A model generated the notes under the pieces. It was given only the letters and a program-made list of their open reading frames with translations. It made no database searches and had not been told where the DNA came from. Of a DNA stretch of 64,000 nt, positions 1 to 12,900 are shown in pieces. The stretch is from assembly GCA_964106645.2 (NCBI GenBank), contig OZ067041.1, one strand, 5' to 3'. Each line of letters begins with the position of its first letter. The first letter of the stretch is position 1. Source of the stretch: Podarcis pityusensis. Its lineage: Eukaryota. The translations under genes and the position numbers were made by a program.

Positions 1-801
1 CTAGACACACCTCCAGAGGAAGGGAATTCCACAAGAAGGGCATCACAAATGAGAAGGCCCTTGCCTGGGTCTCATTCATCAGCAGCACTCAGAAAAGGGC
101 CCCCTCCAAAGATCTCAATGGCTCGTCTAACACATACAGAAAAATGTGTTCTATCACACAGGCAATACCTGAACCAGAATTACCTACCACCACAAAATGT
201 CTCATGACTTTAAACCTTTGGGGGTCAACTGCTAGAAGGAACGGAAGCCTGAACAAGGATTCCAAGGCAAAAAGCAAACCTAGCACCATTTTCCTGAGTC
301 TAAGAAACAGCCCACTCGCCCTCAATAATACCCAATACACCCAATCCTAGCCCTTCCAATCCTTTAGCCATGCTCCAGCATGATCAAAATTCATAGGAAA
401 TGTTTTAAAAAACCCACAATGAGTAGCACACTGAATTGAGCCAATCTATTACTGTACGGTAATGCTAAATCATGCAACTCTGCCTGCCCTGGGCAGTACA
501 AAGGGACAAGTTATCAATGAAGTCCTTCCTCACATTAAACTGAGAAGTTCTGAATTCCAGCTTTATCTCACAGTATAATCCATCATTCACTTTTGCCTTT
601 GATTTGTTAAAAAGTGGGTTTCTCACAAGATTATCAGAAGCAATTTTATGATGGACTGAATTCGTACATTTCTATAAAAACCATTTCCTGGTCTCCTAAA
701 AATTATTCAAATTTAATTAAATCTATATGTTTGTTTACAAGTTCCTCCTTACCAAGCTACTTCATTATGATTTTAGTTTTTTCCATATAACAATTACTTA
801 C

Positions 802-948
802 TTTAATGAGATTAGCACCTCCTTTTTCACATCCAATATGGTACTTTTTTTCAGGAGTTTGAAATGCCAATAATTCCTTTGTTACTCCAAGGTGACCTTC
901 CAGGATAGTCTCTTCTACACCTGTTTCTCCTGTTCTTTTCACTTCATC
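802..948 (-). CDS. USP9X: USP9X exon 29
   Basis: [27 protein letters not shown]...GGANLIK; 147 nt. Confidence 0.96.
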
Positions 949-3900
949 CTAAGAAAAGAAAAGAAAAAGAAAGAAAAAACGCTGTGTCATGAGTTCTGGG
1001 AACTCACTTTAAAATGAAAATATATACTGCTACAACTCATTACAAATATGCTCCCACCTTTCTGTCATATAAACATGGCAGCTAAAACATAAATGTTAAC
1101 AGATAAAACAATCAGTAAAATGAATAAAACTAACAACAAAACTTACCCTAATCCTTTTAAGCCAGTCTATTTCATTATTAAGCAGAACTTCAGCATTGGG
1201 CACATTAATATTACTATTGTATGCATAATTAAGAAGATGTCTTAATAGAGTAAAGTAGTCCCCTGAATGCTTAGCACGTTCTCGTGCAGTACTCTGTAAG
1301 AGAAAGAGGTCATGAGTAAATTCAAAAAGGTAGTTTACATTAACAGCAACACAGAATGATTCTTAAAACAAGAGTGGCGACCTCTTTATCCCTTCTCCAT
1401 CACTTGACATGTAAGGGAGAGGTGGATCTTGCAAGCAAAGACAACATGGAGACTTCTCCAGGAAACTGCCTTTACTTGACATTAGGGAGGAGACTTGCAA
1501 AAACCTTTGCAGATCTATCTCTCTCCCCCCCCCCCACCTTTCCCTTTTAAATACCTTATATTACATGGATCTAGCTCCCATCTCTACTCTTCGCTCATTA
1601 GCTGGTGTGGAGATTAAATCCTAATGTCTAGGTGGTGTGATCCTCTTGTCTGCTGGGACCAGAATCGCACAACTAATGCAATATTGAATCCTGCCCTTTC
1701 ACCTATCTGCTGACATTGCTAGTGATGACGGCTGATGAGTGGGTGGCCATGATTTGCGGGGGGAAACCTGGAGGGCCAAATGGACTGCCTGGAAGACCAA
1801 GATTAGCCTGTGGGACCAATGTCCCACACCCCCAATGTAGTTCAGAATCCTGTTCTCTCAGTTGGCCTATGCAACCAGATGGCCTATGCAAAGCCCCCAA
1901 GAATGACCTGAGGGCATACTGCTCTGATAGCATGAATCTGTCAAATCCCTTTTTAAAACCATCCAAGTTGGTGGCCATCATAGTTTACCTATGCTCTCCC
2001 TAACTAATGACCATGTGGGAGCTGATGGGAGTTGCAGTCCAACAATACCTGTAGTATCACAGGTTAGCCATCTGTCAAACAGTCCAAAAATGTAGATTAT
2101 AAGTGTAATTGGAGATTTAAAGAAATTAACAAAACCACTGGGTTGCATCCAAAAGCAAGGTTAATGTCAGCTGCCTCAACCCAAGTTTCAGCAATTCCGC
2201 CTCTCACTGTGCTGCGAAAGCAACCTTCTTTCTACATCAATTGGCTACAAATCAAAGGGCTCCAATTCAAACCACCGATTTGTTTTCATGTGTATACCGA
2301 TTTGTGGACCTGGTTTCAAAGCTAGGAGCAGCTCTAGTTGATTGTAGAATTAATCATGACACTGGTATCAGTGATAAAATGCTTGAGGCTCATAACACTG
2401 AATGTGGGGCTCAGAAGGAAAAGAAAATGCAATACATAATCCTATCTTTATTTCTGTATTTCAAGTATTATCTGTTAACTGCACTGAGCTATTGGAAAGT
2501 ATCTATAAAAATCTATTGCAGGAAATTCTTATAGACATTAGTATAAGTAACAATGTGAAAGTTTTAAATGTCTTACCCCTAAAACAGTGAACAACAGAGT
2601 TATAAAGAAAAGCAGAGGTCTCTGTCCCATACAACATCTGGTAGCCATTAGGAAGAACTGTTCCTGTGCCATCTGACGAACAGTTCTGGAAAAAAATTAA
2701 CCAGAAAAAAATCAAATTAATACAAATACTTTGTAAACAAGACAAATCTTATTTGAGATTTGCTGGACAGTTTCCCTGCATGTTCATCAGGAGTGTCATT
2801 GCTTTCCCAGTTCCTAGGATTCAGGGAAGAGGAATTTAATTTGAAATGTACATTATGAAGGTGCTGTCAGATTCCAAAGAGAGCACTGGAGATGAGGGTC
2901 TTTCCAAGTAGCAGTGGGCATGCAGACTTGGAGGTAGAAGGGTGACAAGTGAAGCTGTGTTTTGTGATGGCACTTGAACCAAAAAGGACCAAATGCAACG
3001 GCACTTATAAGTTATTTAGTTGTCAGAAAACAAAAACAAGAGCCTGAACACCAGATCCATAAAGGACAGGAGATCACCTGTCCTTTCTGATGAATGTTAA
3101 ATGTGGAATCTATGATAGCCCACAAATTGGTTTTGATAGTTTAGAATCAAGGATGTCCACCACATCTATAATGTTTTGGGGAATTACAAATATAGATATT
3201 TGAGAATCGTTCTTTAAGAGATAAGACATAGCCAGTTGTGGGCACACTTCATCTGAAATGTTGAGAGTTTATGACATCATGATTGTTGCTGCTCTCCTCT
3301 GGCTTCTAGCTGAAAATCTGGATTCATTAGGTGGGATTGACCTAACCAGTCCTACCCGTGAAAGCTCTGTGCAATCACATTTGCTTGTACAGAAGGGCTC
3401 CCACCCCCCTGTGCATCTCCTGAGATTGGCTCAGAAAATGAAAATAAAAAACATCACCATACCACAGTTATAGTGATAGCCATTATGATCTAGAGATATA
3501 CAAATGAAATCACAGCCCAGCAAGTGTACTTTGAATTGGGCATCTACAGTCACCTGCTGCCACCTGGAGTCAGCAACTGTGAGATGAAAAAAACCACTTA
3601 CTTGCTGTGACAGTGCAACAACAAGTCAATGATAAATGTCTGCCAAGCTTTTTCTTTGCTAAGTGCATCCAGCGCTGTTGGAATCAAGGCAAAACAAAGG
3701 GTCATCACTTCGAGTGCTTCACAGCAAACTTGTTCATCTTCTGCATCTGGTTCATTGCCTGCATTTGTCTGTAAAATTAATCAGAAATAAGTAGCATGAA
3801 ATAGGAATGAAAGAAGAACGAATTTTCTTAACTGTTCCCTTCAGATACAAACCAATACTGAGGACAAACATCTACTTACTACAACCTACAGCCTGAGTAA

Positions 3901-6900
3901 GGCCTACAACTGAAACAGGAATTATTAATAATCTGATATATTATTTATAGCCACACATACAAACATGAATTCTGACACAGTGCTGAAATTATGTGAAAGG
4001 GGAAAGGCATTAGTGAAAAGTCAGGGGGAATATACTAATAAATAAAAAATATTTTTTAAATTTATATCCTGCCCATCTGGCTGGGTTTCCCCAGCCACTC
4101 TGGGCAGCTTACAACATATATAAAAATGCAACAAAACATCAAAAATGAAAAAAACCCCAAAATATCCTATAAAAGCAACAAACAAACGAATAAATCAACA
4201 GAAATGAAGAAGAAGACCCAAATTAAAATAACCGCCAACACCAACCCGAAAAAAACAAAACAGAGGAACCAAAATTAGAACTGTTTAAATCATTTTAGTC
4301 AGCTGCCCCAACCCAAGAATTCTCCATCCACATGAGACTGTAAAAAGGCACTGAGACTGCTACGAAGTTATGCTTCAATGAGGTAACACTGAAGTGCTTT
4401 CTTAAAAGCTATAAAGGCATTCTCTCAACAAAAGTGCCAGCAAAGTAACTATCAACACTTTAACTTGGAAATCTATTAGATAAAAATTATTTAAAATCAT
4501 ATAAAAATGCTTACAATTTCTAAACAGGCCACTTGAAGTCTGAATTTCCTAGGATAGCCCTTATCAAAGATCAGTTTGAGAAAAAAGGTTGCTTAGGATT
4601 TCTTACCTTCTCATAAATTTTACTAATATCCTCATTTGAACTGAATACCAGCTGTACTGATCCACATCCTGAAGCCCAAACTATTTTCTGCACTGCTCTA
4701 ATAACACAAATATCAGGGATATATTTTGAAGCCTAAAAATAGAAAGATAGCATCAAATATAACTGTTCCAAATGTTTTTACTTCAGACAGGGAGAAAGAA
4801 GCATAGAGAGCAAGAGTAAAAAAAGCAAACACTTAATACATTTCCCACAAATCTGAATCCACGAGAGTCTGTATTCGTGCACTGGAGGCTGAAGCTCATA
4901 CCAAGTCCATGTGGCCCTGTACTGTCAACTTGAGAAGTGGTTCTCCAGGGTTTCTAGCCAAATTCTCTCTCATCACCTATTACCATATATTTTTAAAACG
5001 GCACTGAGATTTCTGAATGCAAAGTATGTGCTCCTCTCAAAAGGGACAGTATCCTGGCACAGGGATACGAATCAGCAACTACAGAACCAGGAAGCGTTAA
5101 GGTGTGACTATATGCCACCAAGGAAGCGCCTTCTATTTTGTCAGGTTGCACACTAGAGACAGGCTTCCATTAAGGATATATAAGCAACTGCTGAGGAAAG
5201 TACAGATTCTCCTCTCCCACTCCCCAAGTCACTGCCTTAAGCCTAAATCAGGAACGGAGGGAATAGTGAAAACTATACTAACCTCATCAGATATTTGCTG
5301 TGCAAGGCGTATTGCTACATTTCTTAGCATGCACTCTGAGGTTGGGTTGGGAATGTTCTGTAGAGCAGTTTGCAACACCACTGCTTGATCATGAGTTGCT
5401 TGGTTGATCTGGAACAATTTATTTTCAATATTTTAAAGAAAGAACATACTATCTTCAACTGTAAACATTTAACATGGTGGAGAAAAAATATATTTCCACA
5501 GCCATTTACAAATTAAGCAATACTAGTCAATATCAGACTTTAAATATTTACTGGTTATCAGATCAAAATAAAGCATTTACAATTTTGCTTTAAGAACAAA
5601 GTTAACATTACCTGTGACATTGGGCTTGTGCCCTCTACAACTGGCTGACAAGCTTCCGCCACAGCTCTCACATGGCCATAGCCAATTGCAGTTAGCAATA
5701 GTTTTGCTATTTTTAGAGCATTTAGGTAGGCACCCCTTCTTGTTTCCATATCTGCATTTGGCAGGAAGTTATTTCTGGTCAGCATACTCAGCACAAGAGG
5801 TAAGCCACCACTTTTTAAGAAGTTGTACTGGAAGTCAGTGGCATCTTCTCCCAGAGGTAAATTGGCAGGCATTAACAAGGCATAAACTACCTACAAGGGG
5901 GAAAGAAATGGGAGAAAGAAAACAGGAAAAATAATTCAGCAAACTTTTAAACTAAGTATACTGAAAGATGAGAGGATGGTTTTTGCATATTTGTTTCCTT
6001 TACATTTTGTGATGAAGCTCTTTTCTCCATGAGAAACCTTCCCCACAATCCAGTCCTATGGGAAGGCCTTGCAGTACAGTCATACCTCGTGTTGCGTTAG
6101 GTTCATGTTGTGTCTTTTCGGCTTGCGAATGCAGCAAACCCGGAAGTGTATACATCCAGGTTTTGCCGCACATGCACGCGCAGAAATTCTCTATCGCGCT
6201 CCACGCAGAAGCGCCGCTCTAGTTGCAGACTTTTCAGGGTGCAAACGGCACCCTGGAGAGGATCGTGTCCGCAACTAGACGTACCACTGTACTCTGTAAT
6301 TTGGGTGTGATCCCTGAATTCAGGGTAAAAATAATACTAGAAGAAAATTTTCAAATATCAAAATATTAAAAATGAGATATTACAAACCTCTGTAAGATAT
6401 AGCACTTGTGATGCAGAAGGGCCGAAGAAAAGAGAATCAAGGGATGGACTAAGGCTGCTGTCTCCGAGTTTTGCATGGTCTAAACAAATAGCTCTTAGTT
6501 TTTCTACAGTAGTGTTATCTGGAATAAAAGCACAATTTAAAGATGTTTCTTCCCACAGAGAATACAATATAGATTTCTGAAGCACTTTTGGAAAGTGTAA
6601 TACATTGAAACTGAAAAGGAAGAGACAGCACTGAAGAACATGGAGATTTTTTGTCTTTTTTCCTTTGAAAATCACATTTTGCTTCAATGCTGCAAACTGG
6701 AGAGATGGCATGCACTAGAAATTTTCCATGACCACCTCTTTCAGCATGTGTCTTCAAAGAACCCCAAAACCAGTTTGAGGAAAAGCAGCTTGATACTCGC
6801 TTTTGAACTTTCTGGAGTGGAAATGGCAACAGTGTGTGCACTATTGCTCTGACTACTGCTTTTAAACACTCACACTGATGAATCCCCACACTGATTTTGA

Positions 6901-9900
6901 ACATGGATAGTTAAACATGCAGTTTGATTGTTTTGTATAGGTAGCTTCTAAGATGCTCTACATTTCACTTTCTATAAATAGAAAATACACTGAAAATAAA
7001 TTTTACCTGGTGGCATCAATTTCATAAGGATCCGTGCACCATCTCTAAGAGGTGGCATATTTAGGCTACAGCCTAGGTCTGCAACTTGCCAAAGAAACGA
7101 GATATATCTAGGATGCAGTGACATGATCTAAAATAAAAGTAAAAACCTGTCATGAGATACCAGCTCCTAATATCAGATAATAAATTTCAGTCTATAATTT
7201 TGAGTGTGTGTCTGTTATTTACTTACAACTCCAGGCAAGCAACTTTCAACTTCTGGGTTTGGACCATCACTATAGTGATTGCCATGGTTGCCTGGAGAAC
7301 CAGTCGAGGAATCAGATGAGCTATCAGGGCTTGAAGGCATATTGGAACTTATCTGTGTAAGCTTGGCTGTAATTAGCTGGGGGGTGGGGAGTAATAGAAA
7401 GTGATAAAATGGAGAGATTGTACAAAACTGTTAAAACAGTTATCTTTCTAATAGCAAACTTGACTGAATATATTAAACTGTTAATACTATAGCTACTCAC
7501 AAAACATGCCATTATTTCAAATTATATTTATGCATTCATTTACCTTTCAACAGAGAATTTTCAAAAATAAGTAAGCTGATCAATATATGATATTTACAGT
7601 ACTTACTGTTTTATCTTTGAGATTTAATTGTCCAATTAATTTTCTATCATCTGCCGGATCTACTAGCTCGCCTCCAATAAATAACTCTACTTTTGTATGT
7701 GCACTGTTGGCTTTAATACGATTGAGAATGCAACGTCTAACTGAACCAATCGTGTCATTTGTATGGGACCAAACATCCAAGTCTTCCACTTGCCGGCCTT
7801 GATTTGGAAAACGAACTACCAGAGAGATGTGTTTACCACGAAAAGCTCTGAGAAAAAAGATAAAGATAATACCAATTAAAACAATCAAAAATCTTTAAAA
7901 ACATTTACTACTGCCAGGGAGAATTATAGAACTAAATTTATATTTGGGCAATGCCTTTAATAGGCCAGCCAAAATGTCACATTAGAACAATACCTAATAA
8001 TTGTTCCAATAGCGGTATTTTGCTGACATAGTTGACTTTACTTGTTAAGTTTTATTTTATTTTCAAAGGATTACAACACTCCAATAAAACTGGAATTCAG
8101 AAAATTTTGCTTACTTTTAAATAATTCTTCTACTTGTTTGCTAGACTAAAGGGGAATAAATCTGAAAAGGTTATCTACAGCATATAATCTGTATAATGGC
8201 CTGCACACACAAAAATGAATGGATTATCTTTTGCCTTTATGTATGTGGCAAAGAAATCAAAAATATAAGATTTATGATTCTACAAATATACTGTACTAAT
8301 ATATTCTACTAATATATTACACAGGCTATGTTATTTAAATTTTTTTACACAATATGAGATCCATAGCAGAATCCTAACACCACAATTACTCGGAAAATTA
8401 CTTAATATTGCATCCTTATTCACCAAAGTTTTGAAATTTCCACAAACCTTGACATTGGTAGAATTGTTCGCTCTTCGTGGTAATCACTGTCACATTCATT
8501 TATATATTCCCTTAAAACGGTCAACACTCGCACCATTCTTATCGCTTCTTGCCTTGCACAATTAATACTGTCTTTATCGCCATCCAAAACACACAAAGTA
8601 TCATAGGATGCTTTCAAACGATCAAAGCAGGACTGAATGAAGTCTTCATGGATTACTACCTACAGAAATGCCAAGAGACAGCTATATCTCAACAAAACAA
8701 CATAAAAGGTCACAAGAGAGACAAACTAATCCTGCATCTGTAATTTGCACGGATGACACTCCTGAGCAGAAGATTCCAGAAACACTAGTATTTTTAACAG
8801 GCTTCAGTGTGTCAACAGAATTTTGGGAATGATGAAAATACATGGCAATTAACCACTTAAAAGCCATTTGTTAGTATGAATTCCTATTTGAATGAAGAGC
8901 CAGCTAAATAAGAAATGTATGTTCTCAAAGATTTACTTTTGTAAAATAGTCCTCAAGCAAAGCATACTAAGGAAGGAGATTTTCATCAATGAAAATGGTA
9001 AATGCTACCAATTTTTTAAAAACAACAACAGGTTTTTTTTCATAATTTTACCTGATTTACTTGCAATCTCGGACCAAGATTGGTATAGATTTCCTTTAGT
9101 AGATCTATTGCTCGACTGGCAATGTCATCACTTCCTTGAATTACAACCTAAGGCAGAAATATAAAGCATATACCACTTTAACTTAAGCATTATGGCCTAT
9201 GAGAATAAAATCTCTAAGTGCAATCTTGACAAAAATATGTATATAAAATCTACTGCAAATGGTCTTATGACCCATTCTTGGCTTTGATACAACACACAGT
9301 AATATTATTTCATTTATGAACTATTTTCCATAAGGCATCCCAAAGTGATTTACAATTTTTAAAAATGTCATTAGATTCGTCTAACATATGACAACATCAT
9401 ACACACATAAAATAAATTTTCCCACCCTAGCCCATGAGACGAAGTTAAAGCAAAACATCAGAAACAACATCCAAAGAACGTAATAAGCCCTATCCCAGAC
9501 AACCATTTATATAGAAAGCAATATACAATTTATGCAAATCAAAAAGTTTTATAATGTGAAGGGAGTCTGATGTTTTCAGTTTTAGCCACATATATAACAA
9601 AGCTGTACCAATCAGCTGCAAAATAATTTCATGGCTCAAACCTTGTGCCAATTTTATTTTATTAGTCTATTTTCCCCCAAATGCTATTTGCCATACATTA
9701 TTGTACCAGTCTGTCAAAGAAATGCCCTCCAAGTTCTTCCAGTATCTCATTACAAGCCTGGCCAATAGTAAAAAATAACTTATCGGGGGTTTTAACTGTA
9801 AATTAGTGTTGCCTCCCATTAGAAGATTGAGCAGTGCCAGCTCTGAACATTTAGAGGTTTACTTGACCAGCAATTGTGATTTACAATACCAGAACCTGGA

Positions 9901-12900
9901 ACCTAGTCTGGTAGCTTACTGGCAGCCTGTGCAATTCTTTCAGCAGTGGTGTCATACAATGATATTCCACCACAGTCCAACTGCTGCATAGCTGCAGTTA
10001 CTGGGTCAGTCTCAAGGGCAGCTCCAAATAGAATGCATTGAAGTAATCCAATCTGGAGGTTACCAACATATGGATGACAGTGGTTGGGCTGCAATGATCC
10101 AGAAACAGATGCAGCTATCTTTCCAACTGAAGCTGGTGTACTGCACTCCTAGCTCCCGAGGTCACCTAGGCTTCTAGTGACAGAGATGGGTCCAGCAGCA
10201 TCCCCACACTAAGAACCTGCTCCTTCAGGAGGATACAACCCATCCAAAGCAGGCAATTGACCAATTATCCAGACTAGGAAATTGCTCATTCACAGCACCT
10301 CTGTATCACCAGGATTCAGAGACATAAACGCACCACCAAGCGCAGGCACCAGTCCAGGGCTTGTAAGGCTTCTTCCAATTCCAATTTTACAGAGAAATTG
10401 AGCTGGGTATCATCAATGTTTTCTGGACACCTCCTATGGAACTATATTAACAGTGATACCAAGTTCTGCACAAATATGAGCAACCATACCCTGCAAGTGC
10501 CTTGCAGCATTGTCAAAGCACATCTCCAAGAACTGTACCTTAGAACTAGATTTCAATAGCCCATTCACCCCTCAGGATGGCTACTTGAGGATGCAATAGT
10601 GGCACAGAAGCAAGCTTTCTTAGCTTCCATCACCAGCATACAGTAGGTACTATTATGTGCTTTCACCTGTGCTCAGTCATTTTTCATTTATAAAACTCAC
10701 TATATTCCCTGGAGTTCCCTTGAAAACCAGGGCACCTTTGGGATCCATAGCACCAAAGGACAAATAGAAGTGTCAATGACACTTTCCATTGTGAGACCAG
10801 GGACTTGGCAGGAGCACTAGATAATGCCAAATGGAAAATCCCCCAAGTCCAGGAGCAAAGCTGCTGATTAAGTACTCCACTCTTGCAGGCTAAAGTCAAA
10901 TGGTTGCTCCATAACAGGGTAATGCAAATATACCCCCTACCCCGCCCTACAACACCAATCCATCTACCAGTCATCCTTTTGTAAATAAAAGATCAAGGCT
11001 ATGTCCTGTTATTTGTCAGGTCAATTCTGTACTGAGGCAGCCCCTTGGTTGCCATGGCAGCCATAATGTCCCAAGTCAGCATGGATTTTGAAATCACCAA
11101 GTCTGGGAATTTTCCAACCCTACACCCAAGACTACTTCTGCCAGTTTGGGTAGTGAGACAGCTGGACTAATTGAACAGAGGATGAAAATGAGAGCAAACT
11201 ACATAATTGTCAGCTTTCCTGACACTGATTGCCATTCCTACAGAGAGAGCACTCCTTTTACAGTGTGACAGCAACGAACTGCCAAAGCCACAGTTGCAAC
11301 CTGATACTCCACATATATAATGACGACCTCAGGAAGCATTGTGTAGCTGCATGGACATAGCAGACTTCTGCAGCAGCACTAGAAAGAATAAATATCTGTG
11401 GCAACCTCATATTCAACATCAAATGAGTTTTTCACCAAGCCATGTGCTGATTTTTGCACTTCGTACAAATCACAGCGTATCAAAATAGGCAATGTGTAGC
11501 TGGAGTACACAGTAGAACTCACATGTAATAACAGTTGCAGAACTTTTATTTTATTGGCGTAACCATACAAACCAACTTTTTTGTCAAATTACTATAAACT
11601 ACAACTTGAATAAGTTAGATGTACTTTTACACTTACCCTCCAAAGGTAATCTAATCCTATTAACTCCAAGTCATCCATCATATAGGCTCGTCTCTTTGCA
11701 ACTAGCTTCCCTTCTCGACAGTTCACAGCTTTGAAGAAACGTTCAAAACATTTCATTCCATTTTCTGTTAAGAGTGAAGGGTCCAACTGAAGAACATTGT
11801 TTTCAAAGAAGTCTTTATTTATGTCAGGGTCTAAATCCGGTTCATCTCCCATGAGTTTAGAATACCATTTAAAACAGGCTTCACGATCACACAGGTAGAC
11901 TGCATTTTCAGCTAAACACTTCCATATTTGTTTTGCCTGAGGAGCACAGAGCCATAGTTGACCATCCTTCAGTAAAAATCTAGCATGAAACAGAGAGAAA
12001 CAAGAAGTCATTAAAATTAGAAATGTCGCTCTAATTCTATGAATTAACACTTGAAACTCAGTAGCTGATGCTGTTTTCAACTGTTCTCCAATGTATTCAT
12101 ACATTCTGGAATATTCCTCAATCACAGAAAAGAGAACAATCTACCGTATTTTTCGCTCTATAGGACGAACTTTTTCCCCTCAAAAAATGAAGGGGAAATG
12201 TGTGTGCGTCCTATGGAGCGAATGCAGGCTTCAGGAAGCTATCCGCAAGTCTTCGGAGTGCTGCGGGAATGCCCGCGGGCTCCGAAGGCTTGCAGATAGC
12301 AGCCTGCAGCCCGAAGCCCGGGGAGCGCAGCACTGCGCACCCCAGGCTTCGGGCACCTATCCGCAAGCCTTCAGAGCCCGGCGGGAGTTCCCGCCGGGCT
12401 CCGAAGGCTTGCAGATTGCAGCCTGAAGCCCGGGGAGCGCAGTGCCAACTCCCACTGCGCTCCCTGGGCTTCAGGCAGCTATCCGCAAACCTTCGGAGCG
12501 CTCCCCCAGCCTGCAAGCTCCGGGAGCGGCGACAAGGCTGCGCAACCTTGCCTCTGCTCCCAGACCTGTTCCTGCGGCTAAAAACGAAGCCACACACAGC
12601 ATCTCCCGGCTGGAGAGGTTGTGTGTAGCTAAAGAGGAAGCTAAAGAGGATGAATCCCGCTGGCTGTCTTGGCTTCTTTGCTCTTTGGGGCTGGGGGGGG
12701 GGGAGAGAATAAAAAAAAAATTCTTTATCCCCCCCCCAAAAAAAACCTAGGTGCGCCCTATGGAGCAAAAAATACGGTATCCGGATTAAATAATATGCAT
12801 ATTATAAACTTGACATTTCACACAACTACTCTGTACACAAATGTCAGTCACATACTGACATGTGTAAGCAGGTAAAAGATGTTAGAATCCCAACTATAAA

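Noticed and set aside
12227-12498. CRISPR-like appearance (~32-bp repeats with spacers)
   Set aside because: Repeats alternate in orientation, spacers are repeated hairpins rather than unique, context is a vertebrate intron within TIRs, and there are no cas genes
12091-12768. Several 100-185 aa repetitive ORFs
   Set aside because: By-products of the GC-rich palindromic array inside the MITE; no transposase motifs
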